Assembly (NCBI GenBank): GCA_024679065.1
Contig: JAGIQG010000008.1
Span: 68,634,001-68,698,000 of the forward strand
Direction of reading: 5' to 3'
DNA from: Sphyrna mokarran
Lineage: Eukaryota
Length of the DNA: 64,000 nt
Below the pieces are notes generated by a model. That model had not been told where the DNA came from. It made no database searches and saw only the letters and a program-made list of their open reading frames with translations. Below are positions 62,728 through 64,000 of this stretch, piece by piece; within the stretch, counting starts at the first letter, position 1; each line of letters begins with the position of its first letter. The position numbers and the translations under genes are program-made.

Positions 62728-63032
62728 ATGGCGGCACACTGGACAGCATTGCTGCCTCAAGTGCCAGGGATCCGGGTTCAACTCCAACCTTGAGTGACCA
62801 TGTGGAGTTTGATTATTCTCCCTGTGTCTGCATGTGTTTTCTTTGCTCTCGTTTCCTCTCATAGTCCAAAGATGTGTAGATTAGGTGGATTGGTTATGCT
62901 AAATTTTGTCTTAATGTCATGGAGATTTGCAGGTTAAATATATGAGGTTACAGGGTTGGGTGGTTCTATTGTCAATTCAGGCTCAATGGGCTGAATAGCC
63001 TCCTTCTGCACTTTTGAGATTCTATGCTATGT
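62728..63032 (+). mobile_element. HE1-like SINE
   Basis: GGCGGCAC..GCTGCCTCA..GGGATCCGGGTTCAA..GTCCAAAGATGTG..GATTCTATG. Confidence 0.8.
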
Positions 63033-63034
63033 TA

Positions 63035-63870
63035 ATGAATCAAGAGGAGCTTAATTAAAATATACCTAAGGCAACAAAATAAGCAGTTTTAAAGTGGGTT
63101 ATTTTAGTTCAAAGGGGGACATATACAGGTTGTAAAATATATAAGTAATGAAGCAAAGATAAGGTAAGTTTACATTTTAAAATATGAAATAAAGAAAGGA
63201 ATTGGATTAGGTCTTGGAAAAGAGCATTTCTGAGACACTGGATGAAAATATAGAAGATAGATCAAAGGAAAGGAACATACTAAAAAAGCACTGAAGCATG
63301 TGTGAGGTAGGGACTGCTTCGACCTCCCAGAAGACAGACTGCAGAAGATTGAAATGTCTCCAAAAGTATTTCCGTGAAGAAGTAAACCAACAATTGGAAA
63401 TAAAAGACAAGAAGCCACTTAGGTTCTTTAATCCAGTCTCAAGTTTTTAGTGCAGAAGATGGAAAGAAGGAGAAAGGTCATGTTTCCGTATGAATATGTT
63501 GCATCCATTTTTACAAGAAGTTGCCAAATTCGTTGTAAACTAAGGGGATGGCTAAAACACTGAATGGACTAAAAACTGATGATGAGCAAGTATTACAGTG
63601 GTAGGCTGTACTTAAGTTTGATAAGTTATCAGGAGCAGATAAAATGCATCCCAGGATACTGAGGGAAATTAAGGGAGGAAACTGCAGAGGCATTGACCAT
63701 AATCTTCCAGACAACCTTAGCTGGAGGGGTTGTGCCAGATGACTGGAGAATTGCTGGTGTAAAAGAAAGGGTAAAGATCCCAGAAAATACAGGCCAGTCA
63801 GTTTAATCTAAGTGGTAGGAAAGTTTTTAGAATCATTAAGCTGAGAGAGAACCCAGCCACTGGTCAGACA
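63035..63870 (+). mobile_element. Old CR1 ORF2 fragment
   Basis: KLSGADKMHPRILRE, VPDDWRIA, PENTGQS/NYRPV-like remnants. Confidence 0.75.
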
Positions 63871-64000
63871 AGTCAACATGTATCAATGGCTGTCCCAAAT
63901 ACGGAGGATTAGTGACAGGAAGGGCATCTGGCTATGAAACCACCTACCAGATCCAAATGATAGTTAATATGGATGAAAATGGCACCCATGTTAGAAAATT

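Overview
Repeat-dense, non-coding vertebrate DNA, most consistent with a cartilaginous fish (shark/ray). This is inferred from HE1-like and DeuSINE-like tRNA-derived SINEs, abundant CR1 LINEs, Penelope-like elements and Harbinger relics. No intact host protein-coding gene can be supported; almost all long ORFs are transposon-derived or their antisense shadows. The main elements are: two decayed Gypsy/Ty3 LTR retrotransposons (one with both LTRs and a CTTCC target-site duplication); one young, 5'-truncated CR1 with SGNH-esterase ORF1 and APE-RT ORF2; Penelope-like fragments carrying hammerhead-ribozyme cores; a decayed two-ORF Harbinger; and many SINEs. The most interesting structures are not explained by these annotations. 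(i) Two independent templated insertions each copied 0.4-0.7 kb from about 2 kb downstream and have microhomology junctions. (ii) The older copy lost its CpGs while its donor kept them, pointing to an unmethylated regulatory island at about 52-53.6 kb. (iii) There is a near-perfect 315-bp TG...CA fold-back element. (iv) A perfect 376-bp tandem duplication copies a hammerhead-like arm. (v) Several minus-strand splice signals in unique sequence may belong to a lncRNA. All family names come from recall of consensus motifs, not database searches, and boundaries of old repeats are approximate.
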